Of a stretch of DNA of 64,000 bases, positions 27,042-35,601 are shown piece by piece. Made by a program: the position numbers and the translations under genes. Numbering within the stretch: the stretch's first letter is position 1; each line of letters opens with the position of its first letter. Origin of the DNA: Verrucomicrobiia bacterium (GTDB lineage: Bacteria > Patescibacteriota > Saccharimonadia > Saccharimonadales > JAGQNK01); assembly GCA_035489575.1 (NCBI GenBank), contig DATHJY010000013.1, positions 155,346 to 219,345 of the forward strand, in the 5' to 3' direction. Below the pieces are notes generated by a model that worked only from the letters and a program-made list of their open reading frames with translations, was not told the origin of the DNA and did not search any database.

Positions 27042-27380
27042 ATGTATTATGAAAAACCCGGCGGCGTGTCTGTGCACGATGGTTTTCCCAACCCCGCCAC
27101 CGACGCCAGCTTGCAAGGCGTCGACCTCAACAAGATGCTGGTGCGCAATGGTGCCAGCACGTACTTTATGCGCATCCTTGGCAACGATTGGCAGGACAGT
27201 GGGATCTTTGACGCCGATATCATTCTGATAGACCGTGCCCTGGCACCGCGCAAGACCGACCTAGTGGTGTGGTGGTACGACGGCAGCTTTGCCGTATCGC
27301 CCCATCACCAGCTGCCAGAGGGCAGTGAAGTATGGGGAGTTATCACCACCGCTATTCATCCGTACAGGAACAAGACATGA
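27042..27380 (+). CDS. umuD: UmuD-like S24-family protein lacking the catalytic Ser/Lys dyad
   Basis: By-eye alignment to E. coli UmuD: GFPNPA...ASTYFMRILGNDWQDSGIFDADIILID. GDSM is replaced by GNDW, and the Lys97 position reads FAVSPH. It overlaps the umuC start by 4 nt. Confidence 0.7.
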   Translation: MYYEKPGGVSVHDGFPNPATDASLQGVDLNKMLVRNGASTYFMRILGNDWQDSGIFDADIILIDRALAPRKTDLVVWWYDGSFAVSPHHQLPEGSEVWGVITTAIHPYRNKT

Positions 27381-28669
27381 ACGCGCCCATATTTGCACTC
27401 ATAGACTGCAACAACTTTTTCGTGTCCTGCGAGAAAGTATTTCGGCCCGACCTAGAAGGCAAGCCAGTGGTAGTACTCAGTAGCAACGACGGCTGTGCCG
27501 TGGCTCGCAGTAACGAGGCCAAAGCCCTGGGCATTGCCATGGCCGCACCGGCTTTTAAATACCGTGACTTGTTCAAGCAGCACAACGTGGTGCAGTTCAG
27601 TGCCAACTTTGACCTGTACGGCGACATGTCTCGCCGCATTACCGAGCTGCTGACCACTATCACTCCACGCATAGAAGTATATTCGGTAGACGAGTCTTTT
27701 CTAGACCTCAGCCAACTGCCCATCCAAGACTACGCCGCCTGGGCCCAAGGGGTACGCGAGGCTATCTGGCGCTGGACCGGTATACCGGTGTCTATTGGTG
27801 TAGCCCCCACCAAAACCCTAGCCAAGCTGGCCAGTGAGCGTGCCAAGAAAGATCCAGAACTCAACGGAGTCCTGAGCTTTATAGATATGCCTGCGCAACT
27901 CGTAGGCCGGCAGCTGCACACCGTGCCCGTGTCAGAGGTATGGGGTATTGGTTGGCGACTGGCACCCAAAATGCGCGCCGAAGGCATCAGCACCGCCTAC
28001 CAGCTCTCTCAGCTGCGCCCTCAGCGGGCCCAGCAACTCATGGGTATCAAGGGGCGACAGCTCATTGCCGAGCTAAATGGCGTCAGTTGCCATCCACTCG
28101 GGCTCGAAGCACGACTGCCCAAAAGTATTGCCCGAACCCGTACTTTTGGCGAAGATACTAATCAGAGTGCAGTGGTAGAGGCTGCCTTGGCATCGTTTGC
28201 CGCCCAAGCCGCTTTTCGGTTGCGGCGCAGTGGGCAACTCACCAGACGAGCGGCGCTGTTTGCCACCACCAATAAACACAAACCAGGCTATCGTCGCTGG
28301 AGCAGAGAAGTGGTGTACGACGTTCCCACGGCAGACACCAGCCGCATTATCAGCGACCTTGTTGGGCTATGGCACCAGCTATACAAGCCTCAGCAGGCCT
28401 ACCACCGAGCCGGTGTGATGCTGTACGATTTTGCCCCCAGCCGCTTTGTACAAACAGATCTCATGGGATATATAGACATCCCTCTGCACGATGCCGCTAC
28501 TCGGCGCATGCAAGCCGTAGACTCCCTCAACGAGCGCTTTGGCAAGCGCACCATCCGCAATGCTACCGAGCTCCTGGCTCAGACCTGGCGGCCTCGCTAC
28601 AACTTGCGCAGCCCACGCTACACCACCCACCCGAGCGAACTCCCCCAAGCCAGGATTGTCACACATTAA
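27377..28669 (+). CDS. umuC: Y-family DNA polymerase (UmuC-like, Pol V catalytic subunit)
   Basis: FALIDCNNFFVSCEKVF...VVLSSNDGC, SVDESFLD, and typical length. ATG 27377 is preferred over the track start. Confidence 0.9.
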   Translation: MNAPIFALIDCNNFFVSCEKVFRPDLEGKPVVVLSSNDGCAVARSNEAKALGIAMAAPAFKYRDLFKQHNVVQFSANFDLYGDMSRRITELLTTITPRIEVYSVDESFLDLSQLPIQDYAAWAQGVREAIWRWTGIPVSIGVAPTKTLAKLASERAKKDPELNGVLSFIDMPAQLVGRQLHTVPVSEVWGIGWRLAPKMRAEGISTAYQLSQLRPQRAQQLMGIKGRQLIAELNGVSCHPLGLEARLPKSIARTRTFGEDTNQSAVVEAALASFAAQAAFRLRRSGQLTRRAALFATTNKHKPGYRRWSREVVYDVPTADTSRIISDLVGLWHQLYKPQQAYHRAGVMLYDFAPSRFVQTDLMGYIDIPLHDAATRRMQAVDSLNERFGKRTIRNATELLAQTWRPRYNLRSPRYTTHPSELPQARIVTH

Positions 28670-28683
28670 GTTAAGGTACCAGT

Positions 28684-28711
28684 TTGATTTTTTATCTCAT
28701 CCTTCTATAGT
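28684..28711 (+). promoter_or_regulatory. sigma70-type promoter TTGATT-16-TATAGT for island I8
   Basis: -35 at 28684-28689 and -10 at 28706-28711. Confidence 0.5.
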
Positions 28712-28778
28712 AGGTAAGTTATCGCCTCGGTGATGGCACGTTAATACTCTCTGTTATCTGACTCCCGAAGGGAATTCT

Positions 28779-29411
28779 GTGTCCACGACAACCACCATAC
28801 ACACACCGTGTACGGTCAACATGCGCGTCTTCGACCTCAGCGCCGACGACGCACCCGGCCATGTCGTCTTCGGCCGACTGGCCTTCCAGATCGACCAGCT
28901 CTCCCCGACTTCGGTCGTGGCACTGCAGCAGGTGCTCAACGGTCACCGCGGGCAGCTCACCAAGGCATGCCTGGCAGACATCGTCATCTGGGCTACCGAT
29001 CACGCCACCAAGCAAGAGGGCCGACTCCGTCTGCTGCTCAGCAGCCAAGCCGATCGAGAAGGTCGCCGGATTGGGATTGGCCTGGTCAATCCGACCCTTC
29101 CCACCGTCTGCACGGTTGCCGTCAGCGTGTTCAACGACGACGGAGCCATCAAGTCCTTCGAGTTGCCAGATGTGCCCACCGACACGGTCCGCTACATCCA
29201 GCGGGGGATGAGCCACTTCAGTGGCGTACTCACCAACCCCTGTGGCGATCTGATGCATGCCTGGGCCGTCATGTGCTGTCCTCATGTCGTACCAACGCTC
29301 CTGACCGAGCTGCGGGGCTACCACAACATCGGCTTCAAGATCGACGCCGTTCGGATGGAGCACACCACGGTGTTCGTGGCCGAACCACCTAGCGAGGACA
29401 TCATGCCATAA
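28779..29411 (+). CDS. hypothetical soluble protein (high-GC island I8)
   Basis: GTG start with AAGGGA upstream; 210 aa; GC3-rich. The antisense 279-aa ORF is a shadow ORF. Confidence 0.65.
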   Translation: MSTTTTIHTPCTVNMRVFDLSADDAPGHVVFGRLAFQIDQLSPTSVVALQQVLNGHRGQLTKACLADIVIWATDHATKQEGRLRLLLSSQADREGRRIGIGLVNPTLPTVCTVAVSVFNDDGAIKSFELPDVPTDTVRYIQRGMSHFSGVLTNPCGDLMHAWAVMCCPHVVPTLLTELRGYHNIGFKIDAVRMEHTTVFVAEPPSEDIMP

Positions 29412-29539
29412 CAGAGAGTTCGGGACGGAAACCCAGTGCGGCCGAAGCTTCAGCTTCCCCCTGGCTCCGTCCCGACCCTCTCTTTTGTCCAATCCAGTTC
29501 GTATTCCAAAAGGGGTCAGCAAAATTCTTGGTATTGAAT

Positions 29540-30466
29540 ATGAAAGTGCCCATGACATACGCTAGGTCTATGTCTTATTCACTGCGCCCAGGACCAAACT
29601 ATAGACCAAATACGCCAATTACTATTGAAGTTTGCTTTTTTGATATAGATAACACCCTTATCTCAAATGACAGTGCCGAGTTACCAAGCAAGCGCTTTCA
29701 ACAGATCTCGCGCAAAGCAGGCAAAAACACCCTCATAGGTGTAGCAACCGCTCGTTCACTCCAGCGTGCGCAGCACATTCTAGATGCAATTGGCTCAAAT
29801 AGCATATCAATACTAAGCAATGGCGCCGTGCTTTATGATGCGGCAAGCAAAAAGATCGTTGTCGACAATAGCCTCCCGCTTGACGCAACCAACGAGCTTA
29901 TTCGGGAATTTCGTAGGCGCACCTTTAGCTACGAAGTCCAAGATGATGGCATTGATTACACTTGGGCATATCCGGCAGGGAATGCGCCAGGAAACATGAC
30001 CTACACTTCTGCAATTGATCCACTTCATCCTCAGGGGCCTCGCAGGAAGGTACCGGACTACACTCCACGCCACCCTCGAATACTGTGTGCAACTGTTTTT
30101 AGTGATGTTGATGTAGAGCGAGTACACGCGCTGGCGTCAAAATATGCAGACAAAGATGTGACTTCTCTTGTTGGGCATACAACTCTACTTGCCGGCGGAA
30201 AGACTAAGTACGAAATCTTTGTTGTTCACAAGAACGCAAACAAGCAATGGGCAATGGCTAAGGCACTGGAAATTTTAGGCATACCTGCAAAAAACGCACT
30301 AGCAGTAGCCGACGGCCACAATGACCTGGCGTTAATGCAAATGGCGGGGATTGGAGTTGCCGTTGATAACGCAGTTCCCGAGGTGCTTGCTAACGCAACT
30401 TTTATAGCTCCCAGCCAAGAGGATGATGGCGCCGCAACTGCGCTTGAACAGTTGATAAAATTATAG
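29540..30466 (+). CDS. HAD-IIB (Cof-type) phosphatase
   Basis: FFDIDNTL (DxD motif) and ADGHNDLALMQMAGIGVAVDNA (motifs III/IV). Confidence 0.8.
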   Translation: MKVPMTYARSMSYSLRPGPNYRPNTPITIEVCFFDIDNTLISNDSAELPSKRFQQISRKAGKNTLIGVATARSLQRAQHILDAIGSNSISILSNGAVLYDAASKKIVVDNSLPLDATNELIREFRRRTFSYEVQDDGIDYTWAYPAGNAPGNMTYTSAIDPLHPQGPRRKVPDYTPRHPRILCATVFSDVDVERVHALASKYADKDVTSLVGHTTLLAGGKTKYEIFVVHKNANKQWAMAKALEILGIPAKNALAVADGHNDLALMQMAGIGVAVDNAVPEVLANATFIAPSQEDDGAATALEQLIKL

Positions 30467-30669
30467 ACAAAAGAGACGATATGTTCGTTTCTAGACTGTT
30501 TGTCACGCGCTAGGTAATAGGGGTACTTTTCAGCACCCGAAGGTTAAGATTGCTAAGGAGTTCGTTGCTTGTGAGAATGGCATGCCAGTAGGGCACATAA
30601 AAAGTCTCACCGCGACGGACGAGACTTTTTCTATCTGGGAGCGTTTCGACAAACGCTCAAAATTCAGCA

Positions 30670-30701
30670 TGGTAAGGCCATAGGGTGGTTAAGGTCGAAA
30701 C
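30670..30701 (-). repeat. ~31-nt repeat (copy 1) ending in ..ACCA, upstream of a terminator
   Basis: Minus strand: gtttcgaccttaaccaccctatggccttacca. Related to 32867-32897 and 33968-33998. Terminator hairpin at 30604-30626. Confidence 0.55.
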
Positions 30702-30765
30702 AATTTTAGAGATTGCTGAACAGCTTGACCCTAAACTTAAAGCTTTAGAGACTGTAGATACTAAG

Positions 30766-31800
30766 CTACGAACCAGTCGTAAGATTACTGTCGTCCTCAA
30801 GTGGCTTTCTGAATCGATGGTGTTCTTTCAGCGCTGAGAATCCAAGATTATCATAAAGCTGTCGACCGCCCATCTTACCATCGGCATCTGTATGCAAACG
30901 AACTATTTCCATTCCCCGAACATGAAGTGACCTAAGACTCTCCGCCATTAGCGCACCCGCCAACCCTTTACGGCGAAAAACAGGCAATACACCCACTTGT
31001 GTCACTTCGGCCACCTGAGTGTCGCTACCCGCTGCACTTTGCCTAGCCTCAACCCTGCTTAAGACAAAGCCTGCCACTTCATTGCCATGCCATGCTACGC
31101 GCCACAAGGATGAGTCGGGGCTTTGTGCTAGAAAATCTTGGTAATCCTCATCCGAATCGGGCGTATTCCCCCATGTGCCCTCATAAATTTCTTTATTTGC
31201 TTTGTATACTTTGTGTTTATCTTCTTCAGATTCTACCGGGCGGAGTTCATACCCCTCGGGCAGTGTGATGCCGTCTATTTTAGAAAAGTCCGTGAACTCC
31301 ATCTCAAGCGACGACCAGACCTTTTGATAGCCATTTTTATCGATTAACGCCAATGTGTCTTTTTCGCTTTCAGATGCATTGGCGCCCAACATCTTGGGCG
31401 CATCAATCGGATGCTCTGCGACGATCTCTTTTATCCTGTCTTGAAGTGTTTCGAGGAGACTGCCACCCACACCCTGTCTACGGTGAGCCGGATCTACCCG
31501 ACCCTGATGTAGGTACAAAAAAGTTCCATCCTCTTCGTCCCACCAGCTAACTTTTCCGTAGCCAACCACTTCATTCGTCTCACCATCAACAGCAACAAAA
31601 ACGTCAGCATCAGTGTCCGAGTTATTGGCTTCCAGAGAATTCACCAAATCTTCCAAGCTAGGGATGGATTCGAGCGTTGACAGGGAATCCACCCCATCAT
31701 TAAGTGCTGCCCTCACAGCCACTCTGTGCATGCTTGCAGCATCATCTGGTTGATAGGGCCGTATGTAGTGATTGCCGTTTTGGTCAGCCATGCTCATCAC
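30766..31800 (-). CDS. tandem-GNAT N-acetyltransferase
   Basis: Two acetyl-CoA binding blocks (HRRQGVGGSLL and FRRKGLAGALM); 344 aa. Confidence 0.8.
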   Translation of the reverse strand: MMSMADQNGNHYIRPYQPDDAASMHRVAVRAALNDGVDSLSTLESIPSLEDLVNSLEANNSDTDADVFVAVDGETNEVVGYGKVSWWDEEDGTFLYLHQGRVDPAHRRQGVGGSLLETLQDRIKEIVAEHPIDAPKMLGANASESEKDTLALIDKNGYQKVWSSLEMEFTDFSKIDGITLPEGYELRPVESEEDKHKVYKANKEIYEGTWGNTPDSDEDYQDFLAQSPDSSLWRVAWHGNEVAGFVLSRVEARQSAAGSDTQVAEVTQVGVLPVFRRKGLAGALMAESLRSLHVRGMEIVRLHTDADGKMGGRQLYDNLGFSALKEHHRFRKPLEDDSNLTTGS

Positions 31801-32518
31801 CGATTTGTGGATCTATGGGACTATACAAACTTTCTGATTTTCCATAAAACCAAGCCCATACTTGGTCACCATACGAAAAGTGATACCACTCAGGCATGCA
31901 GCTTGCAAAGCCTGCATCTAGCATGGCCCTTAAAAGTATTTGTCTAGTATTTTTTTGCTCTTGAGTTAGGTCGGAATAGTACAAGAAAGTTTCATCAGAA
32001 TCATCATTTATTTTGGCACCAAAATCCATGGACTTATTAGACTTAGCATCCAATATATACACGTCTACGGCAGCGGCACAAACATGTGGAGGCAGCGTTA
32101 TGTCGGGGTCACTTATAAAGGTCCGTGCGTGCTTCAGTGCCTCCTTTTCAGTAGCATCAGGATGCTCATCTTTATACTCTCTAGCGCATTCCACCAAGAG
32201 CTTACGTTGCACTTCAATTGGCCTATGTCCGGCTCGAATGACAAGTCTATACTGTTCATCCAATGAGTTGGCTGCTACTTGCAGTCTTTTGGCTACTTCC
32301 GAACGCAAATAGATATCGTCATATTCCGGATGTTCGACAATATAATCTCTGTATTGTTTTCCATCCCAATCGTCCTCAACCGTCCAACACGGCTCGACAA
32401 TCAGCTTGCCTGCACTGCTAACTTTTACAAGTGGGTCATCAATATTGGCAGACTGATACTTTGAAAAATCAATTCTCTCAGTGCTTTTTGATCGCTGTAT
32501 TTTTTCATCTAAGTTCAT
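31784..32518 (-). CDS. M15-family D-Ala-D-Ala dipeptidase-like protein (VanX/DdpX-like)
   Basis: AGHRPIEVQ, AAAVDVYILD and PEWYHFSYG resemble VanX blocks but are divergent. Confidence 0.55.
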   Translation of the reverse strand: MNLDEKIQRSKSTERIDFSKYQSANIDDPLVKVSSAGKLIVEPCWTVEDDWDGKQYRDYIVEHPEYDDIYLRSEVAKRLQVAANSLDEQYRLVIRAGHRPIEVQRKLLVECAREYKDEHPDATEKEALKHARTFISDPDITLPPHVCAAAVDVYILDAKSNKSMDFGAKINDDSDETFLYYSDLTQEQKNTRQILLRAMLDAGFASCMPEWYHFSYGDQVWAWFYGKSESLYSPIDPQIGDEHG

Positions 32519-32683
32519 TACTAGTTAGTATACAACAATCACCTCTGTTAACTACGTAAGCACAACAACACAAGGGAATCGAACCTTGCCAACAGATGAG
32601 ACTTTTCGGTAAACAAAAAGTTCCAGCTACTGCTAGAACTTTTCCTATCTGTCGGTGTTCGACAAATCTATTTCCCTAAAAAT

Positions 32684-32822
32684 GGTGACCTCGGGGAATC
32701 GACCGACGTTCCGCCGGCCCGGAACTTCTGCCATGGCAACAAGTTGCCAGGTGAAGATTCCCTTGCGAACAGCCACAGGCTGTTCTCACCCGATTGCGGC
32801 AATCGAGGGTTCGATGCTCAAG
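32684..32822 (-). ncRNA. candidate small RNA: structured module M fused to a degenerate tRNA-Glu 3' end, then a U-run
   Basis: Minus strand: ...gcaatcggg-[74-nt module, 32718-32791]-...ggtcgattccccgaggtcacca-ttttt. The last ~22 nt match the 3' end of tRNA-Glu (34748-34772) apart from indels. Confidence 0.4.
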
Positions 32823-32866
32823 AAATAACCAAGAAAAATACCCCACACGAGGTGGGGTATTTTTCT

Positions 32867-32897
32867 TGGTGAACCATAGGGTGAGTAGGGTCGAAAC
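32867..32897 (-). repeat. ~31-nt repeat (copy 2)
   Basis: Minus strand: gtttcgaccctactcaccctatggttcacca, directly followed by terminator hairpin 32838-32860 plus a U-run. Confidence 0.55.
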
Positions 32898-32988
32898 GTT
32901 CTTCGGTGAGATGGAATATCTTGAACCAAGGCTGAAAGCACTCGAGGTATGATAAATGCATGAAGACGGGGTGCTACACACGCTGTGT

Positions 32989-33903
32989 CTAGCCTTCAAA
33001 AACATGAATTGGACCATTCGCTAACCATGCCTCAATATTGGCGATCATCATATCATTGCCAATTCTGCTGGTAGTAGTGCTGTATGAAGCGATGCATGGA
33101 GTGGCGAGCACTTTGGGATGCGTTTGTAATTTCAAATATAGTGGATTCGTGATGTCACCAGGCTTTGCATTCATAACATCAAAAGCTACTACAGCCAGCC
33201 TGTTGCTATCAAGCGCATCAAGCATTGCGTCAAAATCAACCGTAGCATCTACGGTTACAGAGATAAATGCGGCGCCGGTCTTGAGTGACTGAAAGAACCT
33301 CTGATCCAGTAATCCTTTGGTAGTAGGATTAGCACTGAGGGTATCTACGACTATGTCGGCATCCTTAACTTTTTCGACCAAAGTATCGCCTCGCTTAAAA
33401 TACTGTACATCCATATCCAAGGCCTTGCATACCGAGCCAACGCGCTTGCCGATATTGCCACAACCCAGAATTGTTATATTCTTATCGGCTAAGCCAGGCG
33501 AGCGAACAGGCGTTGGGGTAGTGGGTTCTTCTGTTGTATTTATATAGTGCATGAACTTGCGCGTAGTCTCGAGCACCATAAAAATGATCCATTCCGAAAC
33601 AGCATGACGATTACTGCCAGGGCTATTACAAAGGGTGATCTTTCTTGACGCGAGTATTTCCGAATCTGCAAAGCTACTCACCCCAACGAAAGGTACCGTG
33701 ACAAGCACATCACTTAGTCCGCTATAACTCTCTCGGAGCCCCGTTATTCCTGAACATACAACATCGAAGCCAGCGCAGCGCCTGAGCCATTCTTCTGGTG
33801 TTACTGCTATATCATCATAGAATGTCACAGTCCCCAAGCTGTTAAGCTTAGTCTTTTGTTCTTTTGACAAATCTAAAGGCTGAGTAACAACAATTTTCGT
33901 CAT
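32989..33903 (-). CDS. D-isomer-specific 2-hydroxyacid dehydrogenase family protein
   Basis: NAD-binding ILGCGNIGKRVG. ATG 33903 (MTKIVVTQPL) is preferred to the track start. Confidence 0.8.
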   Translation of the reverse strand: MTKIVVTQPLDLSKEQKTKLNSLGTVTFYDDIAVTPEEWLRRCAGFDVVCSGITGLRESYSGLSDVLVTVPFVGVSSFADSEILASRKITLCNSPGSNRHAVSEWIIFMVLETTRKFMHYINTTEEPTTPTPVRSPGLADKNITILGCGNIGKRVGSVCKALDMDVQYFKRGDTLVEKVKDADIVVDTLSANPTTKGLLDQRFFQSLKTGAAFISVTVDATVDFDAMLDALDSNRLAVVAFDVMNAKPGDITNPLYLKLQTHPKVLATPCIASYSTTTSRIGNDMMIANIEAWLANGPIHVFEG

Positions 33904-33967
33904 ACTGTCATGATAGCAATCGACGTAACAAATGAAAAAGCCCGAATTTGACGTTCGGGACTTTTCA

Positions 33968-33998
33968 TGGTGAATCATAGGGTGAGTAGGATCGAAAT
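33968..33998 (-). repeat. ~31-nt repeat (copy 3)
   Basis: Minus strand: atttcgatcctactcaccctatgattcacca, followed by terminator hairpin 33941-33959 plus a U-run. Confidence 0.55.
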
Positions 33999-34098
33999 CT
34001 TGCTTGACGATTTGGAGGAGATGGATTTAAAATTTGAAAGTATTAGGTATATAATAGTATACGAAGGTTTACATAGTACTTAGTCAGGAGAAATAGTT

Positions 34099-34374
34099 AT
34101 GTCGGCAACCCAAGCCATAAAGCTAGATGATGAAACCAATAATCGCCTAAAGGCACTGGCACAGCAGCGCGATAGGTCTGCACACTGGTTAGTGCGCGAT
34201 GCACTACAACGATACCTCGCCGAGGAAGAACGCTTTGAACGCGAGAAAGCGGAAGACTTAGCAGAATATGAAGATTATCTACTTACCGGTAAGGCCATCG
34301 ATAACGAAACAGTTACGTCTTGGCTTACGGAACTCGCAGACGGCAAGAAGACAGCATGGCCAAGGCAAAAATAG
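34099..34374 (+). CDS. ribbon-helix-helix antitoxin (ParD/CopG-like)
   Basis: N-terminal RHH (IKLDDETNNRLKALAQQRDRSAHWLVRDALQRYL). It overlaps the toxin gene. Confidence 0.7.
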   Translation: MSATQAIKLDDETNNRLKALAQQRDRSAHWLVRDALQRYLAEEERFEREKAEDLAEYEDYLLTGKAIDNETVTSWLTELADGKKTAWPRQK

Positions 34375-34655
34375 TCTGGCGCGAACGCGCTCTTGGTGAT
34401 ATTGATCGCCTATACAATTTCTTGTTCGACAAAAATGAGGAGACGGCCGCAAAAGCAGCTCAAGTAATCTTGCGAGGCAGCTCACTGCTTGAGCAGTCGC
34501 CACGACTAGGGCGTCCCATGGCAGACGGCACAGGGAGACGTGAAATATTTATTCCATTTGGGGCTGGTTTTTATGTACTGCGTTACTTCCTCGCAGATGA
34601 CATTGTTGTTATTATTCGCGTTTGGCATGGACGCGAGAATCGAAAAGAAGCTTAA
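34356..34655 (+). CDS. ParE/RelE-family toxin
   Basis: MAKAKIVWRERALGDIDRLYNFL...YVLRYFLADDIVVIIRVWHGRE is typical of the ParE/plasmid-stabilisation fold. Confidence 0.75.
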   Translation: MAKAKIVWRERALGDIDRLYNFLFDKNEETAAKAAQVILRGSSLLEQSPRLGRPMADGTGRREIFIPFGAGFYVLRYFLADDIVVIIRVWHGRENRKEA

Positions 34656-34716
34656 AAACTGGATTACGACTGGCAAACATGCAGTAAAAGTTCGATGCCC
34701 AAAGAAATAGCCAAGT

Positions 34717-34744
34717 AAAAAGCCCACGCATTGGTGGGCGTTTT
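34717..34744. terminator. bidirectional terminator 3' of tRNA-Glu
   Basis: Stem gcccac/gtgggc (34722-34727 with 34734-39), flanked by an A-run and a T-run. Confidence 0.7.
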
Positions 34745-34747
34745 ACT

Positions 34748-34822
34748 TGGTGACCTCACGGGGAATCGAACCCCGATTGCCAGGATGAGAACCTGGTGTC
34801 CTAACCGTTAGACGATGAGGCC
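34748..34822 (-). tRNA. tRNA-Glu (anticodon CUC), CCA encoded
   Basis: The reverse complement GGCCUCAUCGUCUAACGGUUAGGACACCAGGUUCUCAUCCUGGCAAUCGGGGUUCGAUUCCCCGUGAGGUCACCA folds as a cloverleaf. Confidence 0.9.
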
Positions 34823-34930
34823 AAATATCGAGTAGGCAAGAAATTTGCGGCTCATACAAAGCATGAGGCCATGAACGATGAAATTCGAGAAGTATACTAC
34901 CACAACAGAGAGGGAATGTCGAGAAATAAA

Positions 34931-34959
34931 TTGACTTAATTATGATAAAATGTTATAAA
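34931..34959 (+). promoter_or_regulatory. sigma70-type promoter TTGACT-17-TATAAA for island I9
   Basis: -35 at 34931-34936 and -10 at 34954-34959. Confidence 0.55.
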
Positions 34960-35015
34960 TACATAGTTCATCAACCATCCGACAGGACCGTTGTCCTTCA
35001 CAATTCGAGGTAACC

Positions 35016-35345
35016 ATGACACTTCCTCTCGCATCCGAGCGCCTGCGCGACGAATCCGCCGCCAAGTGGCGATGGGCCTTCCTACAGTTCATCCTGCTCC
35101 TGGGCGCCCTCGCCGCCGCAGTCTGGGTGAGTCTGGACGTTACCGTCTGGATCCCCAAGGGAACCGAGCCCGATCCCGGCTTCGTTGATACGTTCGCGAT
35201 CTGCGGCTGGGTCGTCGTGGCATTCATGTTGCTCCGTTCGATCCCGGCAACCATCATGGAAGCCAAGCTCCTCTACCAGCGAGCCAAGCTGGCCATCGTC
35301 AGCGAACATGCCGTTCGCAGCGGGCCAACCACCACACCACGCTAA
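35016..35345 (+). CDS. 109-aa membrane protein, 2 TM (high-GC island I9)
   Basis: ATG preceded by GAGGT at 5-nt spacing. Contains WAFLQFILLLGALAAAVWV and FAICGWVVVAFMLL. GC3-rich. Confidence 0.65.
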   Translation: MTLPLASERLRDESAAKWRWAFLQFILLLGALAAAVWVSLDVTVWIPKGTEPDPGFVDTFAICGWVVVAFMLLRSIPATIMEAKLLYQRAKLAIVSEHAVRSGPTTTPR

Positions 35346-35601
35346 CCCGCCGATGAACAACCCCTCGGGGCAGCCCATGCGTCCGCCACCCGGCAGGCAG
35401 CACTGGAACCCTCGAGGGAAGCGCCGTGCGATAAGCATATGTACCTGGACTTTCACCGTCCATCTACCTCTATAAACTTACCGCACGTCTCCCCTCATTT
35501 TTATACACACCAGAAGCCCACGTAAATTACCCTTATCACCTTATTTGGCTTATACTGAACATCAAAGCATAAGATGTTTGTATGGTGGTAGATAGCAAAA
35601 C

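Noticed and set aside
26754-27116. 120-aa minus-strand ORF and several small plus-strand ORFs in 26630-27040.
   Set aside because: The minus-strand ORF overlaps the umuD start. It has no Shine-Dalgarno site, an odd composition and no recognisable domain. The region may be a decayed gene remnant, but I cannot support a call.
30670-33998. The three ..CACCA-ending 31-nt repeats, considered as 3' halves of genuine tRNAs.
   Set aside because: The distance from the TTCGA-like segment to CCA is 6 nt too long for a T-arm plus acceptor. No complementary acceptor 5' strand or anticodon arm is found upstream.
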